Shown piece after piece: positions 50,620 through 60,617 of a stretch of 64,000 nt of DNA. The notes under the pieces are model-generated. The model did not search any database. It had not been told where the DNA came from and saw nothing but the letters and a program-made list of their open reading frames with translations. The DNA is taken from positions 46,050-110,049 of the forward strand of contig CAWEKL010000002.1 of assembly GCA_963809585.1 (NCBI GenBank), in the 5' to 3' direction. This stretch comes from an uncultured Chloroflexia bacterium (GTDB lineage Bacteria; Chloroflexota; Anaerolineae; Anaerolineales; Villigracilaceae). Position 1 is the stretch's first letter. Every line of letters starts with the position of its first letter. A program made the position numbers and the translations under genes.

Positions 50620-50955
50620 TTACTCCTGGTCGGGGGAATCCGGCGGATGCAGGCGGAACAGGCTCTCGGCCAGGGTGGAGTTTCCGGGGACGGTGATCTC
50701 GCCAAAAGCTGCCTCATAACGGGCAAGATTTTCGGTCAAGGCCCTGAGCAGCAGCTTGGCGCTGAGCGGGGTCATCAGCACGCGCGAAGTCACTCTGGCC
50801 TGGGTCTCTCCAGGGAGCAGGTGCGCAAAATCGATCACGATGTCCGCCGGGGAATGGGAGATCCTCGCCAGGTTGGCGTAGAGGGGTTCCAGACCCGCAG
50901 GGATGAGGAGCGTGGGGCCGGCTGGCTTCTGTGGATTGGCCATGAGGTTCTCCAC
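50620..50955 (-). CDS. DUF3467-like small protein
   Basis: LYANLARISHSPADIVIDFAHLLPG...RVLMTPLSAKLLLRALTENLARYEAAFGEI matches my memory of the DUF3467 pattern (YANxxxxxxxxxEFxxDF...MSPxxAKxLxxxLxxxxxxYE). Confidence 0.55.
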   Translation of the reverse strand: MENLMANPQKPAGPTLLIPAGLEPLYANLARISHSPADIVIDFAHLLPGETQARVTSRVLMTPLSAKLLLRALTENLARYEAAFGEITVPGNSTLAESLFRLHPPDSPDQE

Positions 50956-50958
50956 CCG

Positions 50959-51384
50959 TTAGAACGGGATATCGTCCTCGGGAGGAACCTCAGCCAACCC
51001 TGTATCGCCGCCCGCCACCGGCATCTCCCCGGCCTCATTGCGCGAGGAGAGGAAGCGTACCGTCGAGGCGGTAACCTCGAACGAGGAACCGATGCTGCCG
51101 TCCTGTTTGGTCCAGACGCGCGGTCCTCCCGTATTCTTGTCCGGAGTGAGCCGTCCCTCGATCAACACTTTGGAGCCCTTGCGGAGATACTGGTTGCAGA
51201 TCTCCGCCTGTTTTCCCCAGGCGGAAATGCGGAACCAGATGGTCTCTTTGACCTGTTCCCCGCTGGATGCGGTGTACTGGCGGTTGGTAGCCACCGAGAA
51301 CGAGGTGACCGCCTGCCCGGAGGGCGTATAGCGCATCTCGGGATCCTTCCCGACATTGCCGACAATGATGATCGTGTGATACAT
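50959..51384 (-). CDS. ssb: Single-stranded DNA-binding protein
   Basis: The OB fold is IIIVGNVGKDPEMRYTPSGQAVTSFSVATN...WFRISAWGKQAEICNQYLRKGSKVLIEGRL, with the acidic tip ending DDIPF. The ATG at 51384 is preceded by GGAGGA. Confidence 0.9.
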   Translation of the reverse strand: MYHTIIIVGNVGKDPEMRYTPSGQAVTSFSVATNRQYTASSGEQVKETIWFRISAWGKQAEICNQYLRKGSKVLIEGRLTPDKNTGGPRVWTKQDGSIGSSFEVTASTVRFLSSRNEAGEMPVAGGDTGLAEVPPEDDIPF

Positions 51385-51604
51385 GGGAATTTTTCCTCCA
51401 GAGGTCAAGGTACCCGCTCTATCGCAGCGGGAGCTAAGTTATCGAGTCAATTTTACCCCACTTCACTTATGGATAACCACCCGGCACGGGCTTTGAAATG
51501 CAATTGGAAGATGCCTGCACCCGGACAAAAAGCGGGAACTTTTTCCAGGAGCCAGTCGTCATTGCTCCACTGATTATTAAAAGTTATTCATTTGTGAGGT
51601 AAAA

Positions 51605-52545
51605 ATGAAGCTCAGCAGTATCCAAATCATTCTTCTCGCCGTCATTGTTTTTCTGGCCATGCTGGCCTGCCTGCCGATCGCGCTGATCGGGCTGGAAAGT
51701 GCTCCTTCCCATGCGCAGGCCACCCAGAACGCGCAGTCCACGCAGCTGGCGGCCACCCTGCAGGCCTACATGACCCAGATCGCCGTCACGCCCACCGCGC
51801 TGCCGGTCACTCCCACCGCCACCAGCCTGCCGCCCACGCCCGCGCCCACCTTCACGGCGACGCCGGTCACTTTCTGCAACCAGATCCAGTTCGTTGGAGA
51901 CGTATCCTTCCCGGATGGCAGCGTGCTCATGCCTGGAGAAACCTTCACCAAGATCTGGCGCTTGAAGAACATCGGCACCTGCGCCTGGACCACTGACACC
52001 CGGCTGGTCTTCATCAACGGGGCGCAGATGGGCGGACCCAGCGTGGCGGCTCTCCCCGGCTACGTCGGCCCCGGACAGACCGTGGACATATCCGTCAGCC
52101 TGATCGCCCCCTCCCAGCCCGGCCACTACACCGGCTACTGGCTCCTGCGGGCTCCCGATGGCACCCAGTATGGCAGCGGCCCCCGGGCACAGAACGCCTT
52201 CTTCGTGGACATCACCGTCAGGGACGAACTGCCGCATGGCACCGTCACGGGCAGCTTCTGCTACCCCAGCGAGTTCAACCCTCCCTTGATCCTGTACTTT
52301 GAAAACGCAACCACCGCCGAGTTGATCCAATTCTCGATCCCCGAGAACCACATGAACTTCAGCGTGCTGCTCCCCAACGGCGTGTATTATGCCTACGCCT
52401 GGGCTCCCAATTACAACCTGGAAGGGGCCTATATCAACAACTCCGACCGGACGATGAAGACCCTGGTCGTGAGAGGCGGGCAGACAACGGACGGCATCGC
52501 CATCTGCGACTGGGATACAGCTCCATCACAGCCGCGGCCAATAAA
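51605..52545 (+). CDS. Membrane-anchored NBR1-like (FW) domain protein; 3' end uncertain
   Basis: An N-terminal TM and PT linker precede FTKIWRLKNIGTCAWTTDTRLVFINGAQMGG...ISVSLIAPSQPGHYTGYW. The ORF-track frame runs through the terminator and into the convergent gene. A 1-nt shift would give a TAA stop at about 52543, just before the terminator. Confidence 0.65.
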
Positions 52546-52548
52546 TCC

Positions 52549-52578
52549 AAAAGGGCATTCCATTCGGAATGCCCTTTT
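52549..52578. terminator. Bidirectional terminator between convergent genes
   Basis: AAAAGGGCATTCC-ATTC-GGAATGCCCTTTT, a 13-bp stem. It is flanked by an A-run and a T-run, so it can function on both strands. Confidence 0.75.
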
Positions 52579-52588
52579 TCTTATTACT

Positions 52589-53780
52589 TTAGATCTCCAG
52601 CGTGAAGAGGGGGATCTCCATCTCCTCCGGCGACAGGCCGCCGTGATGGCCGTAATAGTTCTGCTCGAACCTGTCCTTCACATACCACCAGACGGATTCA
52701 TGCGCTTCAGGGAGGATCACCAGGTTTCCCAGCCGCCCGCGCAGTTCCAGCGGAGATCACCGGCCCGAAGTAGCCCTCCGCCAGCAGGTCGCTGATGCGC
52801 ACCACCGCCGCCCGTCCCGCCAGCCGATCCGCCAGAAAGCCCTGCGCCTCGTCCAGCAGATCATCACGGATATACAGGAACATATCGCGCGGGGACCCGG
52901 CCGGCACCAGCAGGTCACCCTGCCGGTTGGTCTTCAGAAACCTTTCCACGCCCGCGAAGCCCGGATCGGTGTTCAGGTACACGGTCTTCTTGGGATCCAC
53001 CTGCATGGACCCATGATCGGCGGTCATCAGGAACAGGACCTTCTTCCCGCACATGAAGACCGTCTCGAAGAAATGCTCCATGACCAGCAGGAAGGCCTCG
53101 ATCTCCGCCTCCACCTGCGCGGATTCCGGCCCGTACTCATGGCACAGGCTGTCAATCCTGTCGAAATAAAGATGGAAGTAGGCGGGCTTTTTCTGCGCCT
53201 TCAATAAATGCCCCATATTCACCAGAGCCTCGGGGAGCGTCTTAAAGCCCATCAGTTTTGCGCCGCGCATGACGACATTCGAATACGTGGAGGGCGTGTA
53301 CTCGCGGGCGCCAAAGACAAAGGAGTCCACGCCCTGCTCGCGCAGCCAGGGATAGAAGCCCCCAGCCGGGAAAAGCCGCCGCGCATGGAGCCCGGCGGCG
53401 CGCAGCGCATCGCGCTCCTTGTCGCCTGCAAAGGAGAACAGCAGCGGCGCGATCACGCGGTCCGCCAGCGGCTCATAATAGAACCACTCATAGACCCCGC
53501 TCTCGCCCACCGTCAGCCCGGTATGGATGGTGGTCACGTGCGCGGCTGTGGTGGGAGGGAACTGCGAGGTCAGCTTCTCCAGCCTGCCTGCATGCATCAG
53601 GCGCTGAAAAAAGGCCGAGGTCTGAAAGCGTTCCATGAAGCGCCAGCCCAGCCCGTCCACCAGGAACAGGACAACGGCATCATATTTCCCCTGCGCGAAT
53701 GCCTCACGGATGCGCGCGGGAATCCCTGCGAACCCGCCTGCATCGTAACGCGGCTGGATGGTTTGGCTGCCGCTCATCAT
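52589..53780 (-). CDS. Alkaline-phosphatase-superfamily phosphodiesterase-like protein (frameshift near 52745)
   Basis: [13 protein letters not shown]...[15 protein letters not shown]...LMTADHGS. After the frame change the C-terminus reads [47 protein letters not shown], then TAA (complement of 52589-52591). The proposed start ATGATG is at 53775-53780. Confidence 0.75.
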
Positions 53781-55077
53781 TTCCGGTCCGAGGCCAGGAT
53801 CATCGGCCGCGGCGCGCCGGCCGATCTCGACGGCGAAGTTGGTGCCGCGGTCCCAGGGATACACCTGGCTCATGGAGGCGAAATACAGTCCCTCCACGGG
53901 CGTCTCCACGGGCGGGATATTCCTTGAGTGATTCAGCAGCGGCACGGGTTGGGCGTACTGGGTCTTGAAACACGCGCACCTTGTTCACCCAGTCCCGTTC
54001 AAAGGCCGGGTTGAACTTCTTGAAGGCAGGCAAAAAGCGTGCCAGCAGTTCCTCATCCGTCAGGGTAAAGTACTCATGCCCCGCTTCCAGGTAATCCCCG
54101 GCATAGACGATATGCTCGCCGCCGAAATGTTCGGCGGCTGACGAAATTGGTGTGCTCCACCAGCGCCAGCATCGGGATACCCGGCCTCCTTGGGCAGGTT
54201 GAACCAGTAATATCCCTGCGGTGGATAACTGGTGCTTGAGCGAAACCACCATCACGACCGCGCCCATGGACTTCAGGGCCAGCAGGCCCTTAAGGTATGC
54301 CTCGGGCAGGTCCGGGCACAGCCGGGCCAGCAGGTTGGGCGAGGTGGTCACCAGCACCCGGTCGAAGGTTTCCAGCTTACCGGAATCGATGGTCAGACCG
54401 CCCGCCTCGCCATGCCGGATGGACTTCACCTGCGCTTCCAGCCGCAGGTCCACGCCCATCTCCACAAGGCGCTCGGCGAACCGGTCCGCAAAACGCTGAA
54501 AGCCTCCCTGGAAGGTGCCCAGCCGGGTGGTGCGCGCCTTGATGCGCGCCCACATCCAGGCCATGTTCACATCCCGGTAATAGGGACCGAACTTGCCGAT
54601 CAGCAGCGGCTTCCACATCTTCTCGTAGACCCGCCTGCCCGCCCACTTCTGCATCCACTGGTCGGCCGTGACGCGTTCCAGCGATTTCCAGTTATTGGTC
54701 AGGCGCAGGAACAGGCCGACAAGCCCGAAGCGGATCTTATCCAGCCCCCAGCCCAGCCCGGGGAAGAGCGCCATCTTCAAAATGGAATCGAATGGGTAGA
54801 ACCTGCCTGCATGGTACATGACCGTCAGCGGGCGGGGGAAAAGCACCTGGTCTTCCCAGCCCAGTTCGCGGATCAATCCCAGCATGTGCCGGTCGGATTG
54901 GAACCAGTGATGGTAGAACTTTTCCACCGACCAATCCCAGTCCGGCTCCTTAAAGCCCGAGGCCAGCCCGCCCACATAGTTGGCGGCTTCGAAAATGGTG
55001 ACCTCATGGCCTGCCTTGCGCAGGTCATAGGCAGCCGCCATCCCTCCAAAGCCCGCGCCGATCATAGCGATCTTCAT
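53777..55077 (-). CDS. FAD/NAD(P)-dependent oxidoreductase (amine-oxidase / phytoene-desaturase-like fold), several apparent frameshifts
   Basis: The dinucleotide-binding motif is MKIAMIGAGFGGMAAAYDLRKAGHEVTIFEAANYVGG. The C-terminal portion continues in other frames (GYYWFNLPKEAG..; ..TQYAQPVPLLNHSRNIPPVETPVEGLYFASMSQVYPWDRGTNFAVEIGRRAA). The exact 3' end is inferred. Confidence 0.7.
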
Positions 55078-56123
55078 GATCCATCCTTTACGCCGGGCGA
55101 TACGCCCGGCTCTAACTGTTCTAGTTCCGTCTCGGCACGCAGGGTATCGCTCCACTTGATCCCCTCGCGCGCCAGGTAATAGGCTCCCAGCAGGGTGATG
55201 GGGAACCACAACGCGACGTGCAGCACCAGGGTATAACCGGTCGCCACCGCCTGGTCCACTCCATAGGCGGTCAGCACGGCGATTCCCGGGGCATCGAACG
55301 TCCCAATGTAACCGGGAGCGGAGGGGATGGTCGTCGCCAGGTTGACGATGCCATTCATGAGCATCAAGGCAAAGAAATTCACCTGGAACGGGAAGGCATG
55401 CATGACGAACCAGTATTTGCCGGTCTCCAGCAGCCAGATGATCACCGAGGTAAGAAAGACCATCAATACATTGAAGGGCGAGCGCAGGGAGGCCAGGCCC
55501 TCCAGGAAACGATGGACCAACTCCAGCACACGCGCCCGCAAGCGCGCCGGGACCAGACGGTCAATGAACCAGGAAGCCACGCGAGTGGTCACCTGCGGGA
55601 ACATGGCCGCCAGCAGGAAGACCGCCAGCGCCCCGATAAAAACCCCCGTCCCGATCACGGCCACCTGCTGGATATTTCCCACAAACCCGGAAGCGCTGGT
55701 CAGCCTCGCCAGCTCGGGCAGGTTGACGAACACAAAGGCCAGCATGACCACGCCGTCAAAGATGCGCTCCACAATGATGGTGGCCAGCGATGCCGAGACA
55801 GAAACCCCCTCCCGCCGCTTGAGGATGACCGCCCGCAGAACCTCCCCGGCGCGCGCCGGGTAGATGTTGTTGCCCATATAACCGATGGTCGTGATGGGGA
55901 ACATGGTGCGGGTGGGGATCTTCTTGACGGGTCCCAGCAGGTAATGCCAGCGCCAGGCGCGGATCCACACGCCGACGAAATAGACCGCAATGCCGGGCAA
56001 AAGCCACCAGTAATTGGCGCTCCGCACGGTGGCCCAGAAATCCTGAAGCCGCAGGCCTCTCAATGACAGCCAGAGAAAGACGACACTGATCAGGACTCCG
56101 ACCCAGATCTGCCATTTTTTCAT
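55074..56123 (-). CDS. Flippase-like (UPF0104 / LPG-synthase TM-type) membrane protein
   Basis: MKKWQIWVGVLISVVFLWLSLRGLRLQDFWATVRSANYWWLLPGIAVYFVGVWIRAWRWHYLL is the characteristic N-terminus of this family. It has 8 or more TM. The stop overlaps the next ATG as ATGA. Confidence 0.75.
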   Translation of the reverse strand: MKKWQIWVGVLISVVFLWLSLRGLRLQDFWATVRSANYWWLLPGIAVYFVGVWIRAWRWHYLLGPVKKIPTRTMFPITTIGYMGNNIYPARAGEVLRAVILKRREGVSVSASLATIIVERIFDGVVMLAFVFVNLPELARLTSASGFVGNIQQVAVIGTGVFIGALAVFLLAAMFPQVTTRVASWFIDRLVPARLRARVLELVHRFLEGLASLRSPFNVLMVFLTSVIIWLLETGKYWFVMHAFPFQVNFFALMLMNGIVNLATTIPSAPGYIGTFDAPGIAVLTAYGVDQAVATGYTLVLHVALWFPITLLGAYYLAREGIKWSDTLRAETELEQLEPGVSPGVKDGS

Positions 56124-56171
56124 GACTGGGATTTTATCATGGGGGGATGGGCGCGGTCTTATAATGAAGGC

Positions 56172-56679
56172 ATGCCTGAATTAGACCGTCCCGCCCCCGA
56201 TTTTGAATTGCCGGACCTGGAGGGTATCTTCCACAGCCTGTATGATTACCGGGGCAAAATCGTGGTTGTGAACTTCTGGTCCTGCGAGTGCCCGCACTCC
56301 GAGCGGACCGACCGCTCGCTGATGGCATGCCTTGTCCAATGGGAGGATCAGGTCGCCTTGCTGAACGTGGCCTCCAACCGAAACGAAGAACCGGAGGCGC
56401 TGAAAGAGGCCGCCCAGCGCCCACCGCCTGCCGCTCATCCTGCATGACCCCGAGGGTGCCGTGGCGGACCTGTATGAAGCGCAAACCACACCGCATGCCT
56501 TCGTCATTGACCGCCAGGGAGTCCTGCGCTACGCGGGCGCTGTGGACAACGTCGCCTTCCGCCAGCGCACCGCCACACGATTCTACGTGGAGGAGGCGGT
56601 GGAAGCCCTGCTGGAAGGGCGCCAGCCGCCCGTCAGCGAACAGCCGCCCTTTGGCTGCGCGATCACGCGTTTCATTTAA
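56172..56679 (+). CDS. Thioredoxin-fold redoxin (AhpC/TSA/TlpA-like), one apparent frameshift near 56420
   Basis: APDFELPDLEGIFHSLYDYRGKIVVVNFWSCECPHSE... continues in a second frame as ..DLYEAQTTPHAFVIDRQGVLRYAG. Confidence 0.75.
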
Positions 56680-56694
56680 TGCTAGAATCAGTCC

Positions 56695-58392
56695 GTGATT
56701 TCCATAGATGCACGTGTCACGCTGCTGAAGAAGATCCACCTGTTCAATGAACTGAGTGACGAGGAGCTGCAGTATCTCGCCGGCAAGTTCAGCGAGGTAC
56801 AGTACGCGGCCGGGGATGTCATCATCGAACAGGGCAGCCGGGGGGAGATGTTCTTTCTGATCTACAAGGGGAAAGTCCGCATCAGCCGAAAAAAGGACAA
56901 CAAGGAAGAGCAGCTCGCCGTGCTGGTGGATAACGATTACTTTGGCGAGATGGAACTGATCTCGCGGAACCTGCGGAGTGCCAGCATCAAGGCGCTCACG
57001 CCGGTCACCGTGCTGGTCCTTTCGAGAGAGAATTTTGAGGAACTGATCCGCCAGAATCCGCTGCTCAAGCCCAGCCTGGAGGTGACCATCCGCAGCCGCT
57101 CTCTGGCGCGGCAGCTGCAGTTCAAGTGGCTGCGCGCCGACGAGGTGGTCTATTTCCTCGCCCGCAAGCACCCCGTCATCTTATATGAGGCTATGGGCGC
57201 GCCGGCGCTTGTGCTGATGGGCGCCGTGGGGCTCGCCCTGTGGTCCGTGCTCACGGGCGCTGTCACCCCGGCGGCTGTCGGAGGCGTGCTTTTCATCGGC
57301 GATATCGGCTGGGCAGTCTGGCGTGCCATTGACTGGAGCAACGATTACTACGTGGTCACCAATGAGCGTGTCGTCTGGCTGGAGAAGGTTGTGGGACTCT
57401 ACGACAGCCGCCAGGAGGCGCCTCTCAGCACAGTCCTTTCCGTAACGGTCGAGACCGATATGTGGGGGCGGGCTTTGGATTACGGCAATGTGGTGGTGCG
57501 CACGTTTGTGGGCAAGATCCCCTTTTCCCAGGTCCCGCATCCCAACCAGGCGGCCCACGCGATCGAGGAATACTGGCAGCGCGCCAAGCAGCAGACTTCC
57601 ACGACCGAGAAGGACGCCATGAAGGATGCCATCCGGCGCAAGCTGGGGTTGAACCCCAATCCTCGCACGGCCAAGACCGAGCAGGTCCCCTCTGCGGCGC
57701 CCACAAGCCAGACCCGCAACATCGTGATGAAGGCACTGGGAGCCAACACCTTAAAGATCCGCTATGAGATCGGCGATACGGTCATCTATCGCAAGCACTG
57801 GTTCGTGCTGCTCCAGCAGGCGGGCTTGCCCGCCCTCATCATCCTGACACTGGCGGGCCTGCTGGTCCGGCACCTCTTCTTGCTTGCCTTCGACCCCAAC
57901 ATAGCGCTGCTGCAAAGGACACCCGGGGGCTGGCAGATCGATCCTACCTCGCTGCTTTTCCCCATCTTGATGATCCCCTGCTTCCTGTGGTTACTCTATC
58001 AGGTCATTGATTGGAGCAATGATATCTTTCAGGTCACCCAGGACCAGATCATAGACCTCGATAAGACGCCATTCGGCACCGAGGAAAGGCAGGCCGCTCA
58101 ACTGGAGAATATCCTGGCCACGGAATACCGGCGCGAAGGGCTGCTGGGCAATCTTTTCAACTTCGGTACGGTCTACATCACGGTCGGCGGGACACAGTTG
58201 GAATTTGAGAATGTGGTGGATCCCGGCACGGTGCAATCGGATATCGACCGGCGCCGCATGGTCCGCATGGCCAAGATCAACGAATCCAAGATCTCCGGCG
58301 AGCGCGATCGAATGGCGGAATGGCTGGCTGCCTACAACGAGAACGCCGATGAATTCCAGGGGCGGCCTGAAGAAGGGCGAAAAAACGAGTAA
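56695..58392 (+). CDS. Cyclic-nucleotide-binding domain protein with TM segments and bacterial PH (YdbT-like) domains
   Basis: The cNMP-binding region is LFNELSDEELQYLAGKF...GEMFFLIYKGKV...FGEMELI. TM pairs follow, each succeeded by a DWSNDYYVVTNERVVW / DWSNDIFQVTQDQIID bPH-type module. Confidence 0.8.
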   Translation: MISIDARVTLLKKIHLFNELSDEELQYLAGKFSEVQYAAGDVIIEQGSRGEMFFLIYKGKVRISRKKDNKEEQLAVLVDNDYFGEMELISRNLRSASIKALTPVTVLVLSRENFEELIRQNPLLKPSLEVTIRSRSLARQLQFKWLRADEVVYFLARKHPVILYEAMGAPALVLMGAVGLALWSVLTGAVTPAAVGGVLFIGDIGWAVWRAIDWSNDYYVVTNERVVWLEKVVGLYDSRQEAPLSTVLSVTVETDMWGRALDYGNVVVRTFVGKIPFSQVPHPNQAAHAIEEYWQRAKQQTSTTEKDAMKDAIRRKLGLNPNPRTAKTEQVPSAAPTSQTRNIVMKALGANTLKIRYEIGDTVIYRKHWFVLLQQAGLPALIILTLAGLLVRHLFLLAFDPNIALLQRTPGGWQIDPTSLLFPILMIPCFLWLLYQVIDWSNDIFQVTQDQIIDLDKTPFGTEERQAAQLENILATEYRREGLLGNLFNFGTVYITVGGTQLEFENVVDPGTVQSDIDRRRMVRMAKINESKISGERDRMAEWLAAYNENADEFQGRPEEGRKNE

Positions 58393-58420
58393 AATCGGTG
58401 GACTTATCGAGGTAAATAGA

Positions 58421-58948
58421 ATGAGCACAAGGATTATCGCCACCCTTCCAGACCCGGTTCTGCGCCGCAAGGCCCGGACGGTGACCGCCTTCGATGACCG
58501 GCTCCAAACGCTGATCGATGACATGGTCGAGACCATGCGCGAGGCCCCCGGCGTGGGATTGGCCGCGCCGCAGGTCAGCATTCCGGAGCGTCTTATCGTG
58601 GTCGAATACGGCGAAGAAGAGGAAAACGAGGACGGCACGATCACCGAAATGCCGAAGAAACTGTACGTAGTGGTCAACCCCGAGATCGTCAAGACCTCGC
58701 AGGAAACAGAATTGGGCGTGGAAGGCTGTCTCTCAATCCCCGGCGTGGTGGGTGAGGTCGAGCGTTTTTCGATGGTGCAGATCAAAGGCCTGAACCGCCG
58801 GGGCCAGCCGTTGAAGCTCAAAGCCGAAGGCTGGCTGGCGCGCATTTTCCAGCATGAGATCGATCATCTCAACGGCGTACTTTTCCCCGACCGCGCCACC
58901 AAAGTCTGGAAACCGGAGACAGACCTGGCCGAGGAACAGGAAGTCTGA
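58421..58948 (+). CDS. def: Peptide deformylase
   Basis: All three motifs are present: GVGLAAPQ, EGCLS and HEIDHLNG. Length is 175 aa. Confidence 0.95.
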   Translation: MSTRIIATLPDPVLRRKARTVTAFDDRLQTLIDDMVETMREAPGVGLAAPQVSIPERLIVVEYGEEEENEDGTITEMPKKLYVVVNPEIVKTSQETELGVEGCLSIPGVVGEVERFSMVQIKGLNRRGQPLKLKAEGWLARIFQHEIDHLNGVLFPDRATKVWKPETDLAEEQEV

Positions 58949-58988
58949 CAGCAGTCCTCCGGCTCTCTCCCTCGGGGTAACGGACTTT

Positions 58989-60200
58989 ATGTATCTCAAG
59001 CATCTCTCGCTGACGAACTTCCGCAACTTTACCCGCCTGGACATTAAACTGCCCCGGCGGGTTATTGTGCTGGTCGGGAGAAATGCACAGGGCAAGACCA
59101 GCGTGCTGGAGGCCATTTATTTCCTGGCCGCCTTCACCTCCTTCCAGACCCATACCGACCGGCAGCTGGTGAACTTCATCGCCGCCCGCGAGCCGCTGGC
59201 CGTGGCGCGCCTGACCGCGGAATACACACGCGGCAAATCCAACCACCGGCTGGAAGTCCGCCTTATCCTTGAGCCAACGGGGACCAACGGGCAGCGGCTC
59301 CGCCGGGAGATCCTGGTCGACGGGGTAAAGCGGCCCACCACCGAGGCTATCGGTCAGTTCAAGGCCGTTCTGTTCGTCCCGCAGATGTCACAGATTCTGG
59401 AAGGCGGGCCGGAAGACCGCCGCCGCTACCTCAACCTGACCCTGGCGCAGGTGGTCCCGGCGTACACCAGTGTCCTGAGCGAATACCATCAGGCACTCAC
59501 CCAGCGCAATGCGCTGCTGAAAGCCCTGAGCGAACGGGGCGGGAACAGCGAACAGTTGGAAGTATGGGATCAGGAGCTGGCCCGCACGGGGTCGCGCATC
59601 ATCCTGTGGCGCATTCAGGCGGTGCAGGAGATCGAGCGCCTGGCTGCCCGCGCGCACAATGAGCTCACGCGCGGGGAGGAAATTCTGCGGCTGGCCTATG
59701 AGCCGGCCTACGATCCGCTGCCAAAGCCCAACGGGCAGATGGGACTGCGCATCAAGACGGTCGTGGACCGTTCCACGCTCGACCTGAAGATGATCGAAAG
59801 CGGGTTCCTGGAGCGGCTGGAAGCTCTGCGCGGGGAGGAGATCGCCCGCGGCGTGACCACCATCGGCCCGCACCGGGACGAGCTTCGTTTCTATGCCAAC
59901 AACGTAGACCTGGGCGATTACGGCTCACGCGGCCAGGTGCGCACCACCCTGCTGGCGCTCAAATTGGCCGAGGTATCCTGGATGCGCGAACGGACCGGGG
60001 AGTGGCCGGTCATCCTGATGGATGAGGTCATGGCCGAGCTTGACCTGGGCCGCCGGGCCGACCTCCAGAACTATCTCAGCGGCGCGGAGCAGGTGCTTTT
60101 CACCAGCGCGGACATCAACCTGTTCAGCCCTGAATTTGTCGCCGGGGCAGCTGTCTGGGAGGTGCAGGGCGGCCTTGTCCAGGAGCGCAGCAAGGCCTGA
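58989..60200 (+). CDS. recF: DNA replication and repair protein RecF
   Basis: MYLKHLSLTNFRNFTRLDIKLPRRVIVLVGRNAQGKTSVLEAIYFL carries the Walker A motif. The signature and Walker B region is GSRGQVRTTLLALKLAE...VILMDEVMAELD. Confidence 0.9.
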   Translation: MYLKHLSLTNFRNFTRLDIKLPRRVIVLVGRNAQGKTSVLEAIYFLAAFTSFQTHTDRQLVNFIAAREPLAVARLTAEYTRGKSNHRLEVRLILEPTGTNGQRLRREILVDGVKRPTTEAIGQFKAVLFVPQMSQILEGGPEDRRRYLNLTLAQVVPAYTSVLSEYHQALTQRNALLKALSERGGNSEQLEVWDQELARTGSRIILWRIQAVQEIERLAARAHNELTRGEEILRLAYEPAYDPLPKPNGQMGLRIKTVVDRSTLDLKMIESGFLERLEALRGEEIARGVTTIGPHRDELRFYANNVDLGDYGSRGQVRTTLLALKLAEVSWMRERTGEWPVILMDEVMAELDLGRRADLQNYLSGAEQVLFTSADINLFSPEFVAGAAVWEVQGGLVQERSKA

Positions 60201-60245
60201 CCCGCCCGCGCCTGGATAAAGGTGTAACCATCAAAGGAGGCTGTT

Positions 60246-60611
60246 ATGACCGTCAAACACTCGCAGGATGTGGAAGCCAAAGAGGTAGCCGCGGGGAAGG
60301 ATACGACCATCCAGGTGCTGATCTCTTCCAAAGAAGGGCCCAACTTTGCCCTGCGGAAATTCCGCATGCAGCCCGGCGGAGGCATGCCGCGCCATACCAA
60401 CACGGTGGAGCATGAACAATATGTCCTGAACGGGCAGGCCCGCATCGGCATCGGCGCGGAGATCTTTGATGTGAAGCAGGGCGACACGGTGTTCATTCCG
60501 GAAGGCGCCGTGCATTTTTACGAGAATACGGGGGAGGAACCTTTTGAATTTCTGTGCATCGTGCCCAATAAGGAGGACACGATCACGATCGTGGATGAGA
60601 ACGCCTGCTGA
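60246..60611 (+). CDS. Cupin domain protein
   Basis: 121 aa. The metal-site pattern is MPRHTNTVEHEQYVLNG...GDTVFIPEGAVHFYEN. Confidence 0.75.
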   Translation: MTVKHSQDVEAKEVAAGKDTTIQVLISSKEGPNFALRKFRMQPGGGMPRHTNTVEHEQYVLNGQARIGIGAEIFDVKQGDTVFIPEGAVHFYENTGEEPFEFLCIVPNKEDTITIVDENAC

Positions 60612-60617
60612 GATCGC

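Noticed and set aside
52546-52795. A C-terminal extension of the NBR1-like protein (ORF track end 52795).
   Set aside because: The frame runs through a strong bidirectional terminator and into the convergent AP-family gene. A 1-nt correction gives a stop just before the terminator.
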